43,343 bases of DNA from an uncultured Chthoniobacterales bacterium (GTDB lineage Bacteria; Verrucomicrobiota; Verrucomicrobiia; Chthoniobacterales; JAFAMB01). Numbering within the stretch: the first letter of the stretch is position 1; the number at the start of each line of letters is the position of its first letter. A program made the position numbers and the translations under genes. Where the stretch lies: assembly GCA_964252355.1 (NCBI GenBank), contig CAXUNV010000002.1:1-43343 (forward strand), given 5' to 3'. Positions 42,881 to 43,343 of the stretch are shown here, in pieces. The notes below the pieces were generated by a model. That model ran no database searches. It was not told where the DNA came from and saw nothing but the letters and a program-made list of their open reading frames with translations.

Positions 42881-43343
42881 ATGGTGACAGAGAAGAGTGA
42901 CGAAGAAGCTACGCCTCCGTGGGATGCCGCGAAGGTAAACCTTACATCAAAAGCACTTGCCCCTGGGGTATTCGCCGTCTTGCCTGACGACGTGTTCGCT
43001 AAAGACCATGTCGCCACTACAGCCGGTTTCGTGATCGGCGGGCGAAGCGTTCTCGTTGTTGAGTCAATGCTGAACGGCGATCTCGCCTCGCAACTCATTG
43101 GACTTGTACGCCGAGAGACGACGAAACCGATCCACTTCCTCGTTAACACAAGCTATCACGGTGACCATGCGTACGGGAACTACCTGTTCTCAGAATCCAC
43201 CGTCGTCATCCAGCACCCCGCGACAAAGCGGTACATGGAAGAGAACTTTGAGGACGATCGCCGTTTCATGCTTGGCCTTATGGGTAAAGGTAAGGGCATC
43301 GAACGAGTGCAGGCACGAACCGCCGATATTGTTGTGCCGGAGA
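42881..43343 (+). CDS. MBL-fold metallo-hydrolase, N-terminal part (3' end outside window)
   Basis: AAGGAG Shine-Dalgarno at 42870-42875, 5 nt before ATG 42881. The frame is open to the window end. The motif IHFLVNTSYHGDHAYGN corresponds to the MBL H-x-H-x-D-H motif with Ser at the first His position. It is absent from the ORF track because it has no stop codon. Confidence 0.7.
   Translation, partial: MVTEKSDEEATPPWDAAKVNLTSKALAPGVFAVLPDDVFAKDHVATTAGFVIGGRSVLVVESMLNGDLASQLIGLVRRETTKPIHFLVNTSYHGDHAYGNYLFSESTVVIQHPATKRYMEENFEDDRRFMLGLMGKGKGIERVQARTADIVVPE

Noticed and set aside
42781-43149. Minus-strand ORF of 122 aa, the only track ORF in this region.
   Set aside because: It is antisense to the plus-strand MBL-fold gene, which has a strong Shine-Dalgarno, an ATG start and the HxDH-type motif, and which is invisible in the track only because it lacks a stop codon in the window.

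Overview
GC-rich bacterial chromosomal segment of 43.3 kb. All calls rest on manual reading of the ORF track and sequence, with no searches run. The gene content (ADOP-type double-FtsX permeases, a sigma-54 enhancer-binding regulator, LolC/E, a Tat-signal phosphoesterase) suggests a Gram-negative of the Acidobacteriota or Verrucomicrobiota type, at low confidence.

Gene map, left to right:
- priA 3' end.
- A CsbX/RbtT-type MFS transporter fused in frame to a HAD hydrolase.
- A minus-strand run: alpha/beta hydrolase, membrane protein, cupin, DUF2809, Uma2 nuclease.
- MarR, an LLM oxidoreductase and a quinone oxidoreductase.
- A secreted protein with two TonB_C-like modules.
- An IS5 transposase fragment.
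- A 13-kb minus-strand block: NtrC-type response regulator, histidine kinase, a 490-bp structured spacer with a sigma-54 box, HlyD-type adaptor, MacB-type ATPase and three tandem ~800-aa ADOP-type permeases.
- A Tat metallophosphoesterase.
- A LacI / Gfo-Idh-MocA / sugar ABC cluster (binding protein plus two permeases, no ATPase).
- An accessory patch: IS6 remnant, AAA_33 P-loop protein, about 1.3 kb of decayed coding sequence, and a RES-Xre toxin-antitoxin pair.
- An orphan LolC/E permease.
- A secreted protein, an ECF sigma factor and a CrtI-like flavoprotein.
- An RclC (DUF417) / RclA-like pair and a truncated MBL-fold gene.

Structure not explained by genes:
1. A heptanucleotide tandem-repeat family (ATNGCAA)n-AACGGRG at four sites.
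2. An interspersed repeat of about 115-250 bp present three times.
3. A nested inverted-repeat architecture between two inverted heptamer arrays, directly upstream of the candidate sigma-54 promoter.

I found no CRISPR array, rRNA or tRNA. Start codons are often uncertain because long antisense and extended ORFs are common at this GC content.
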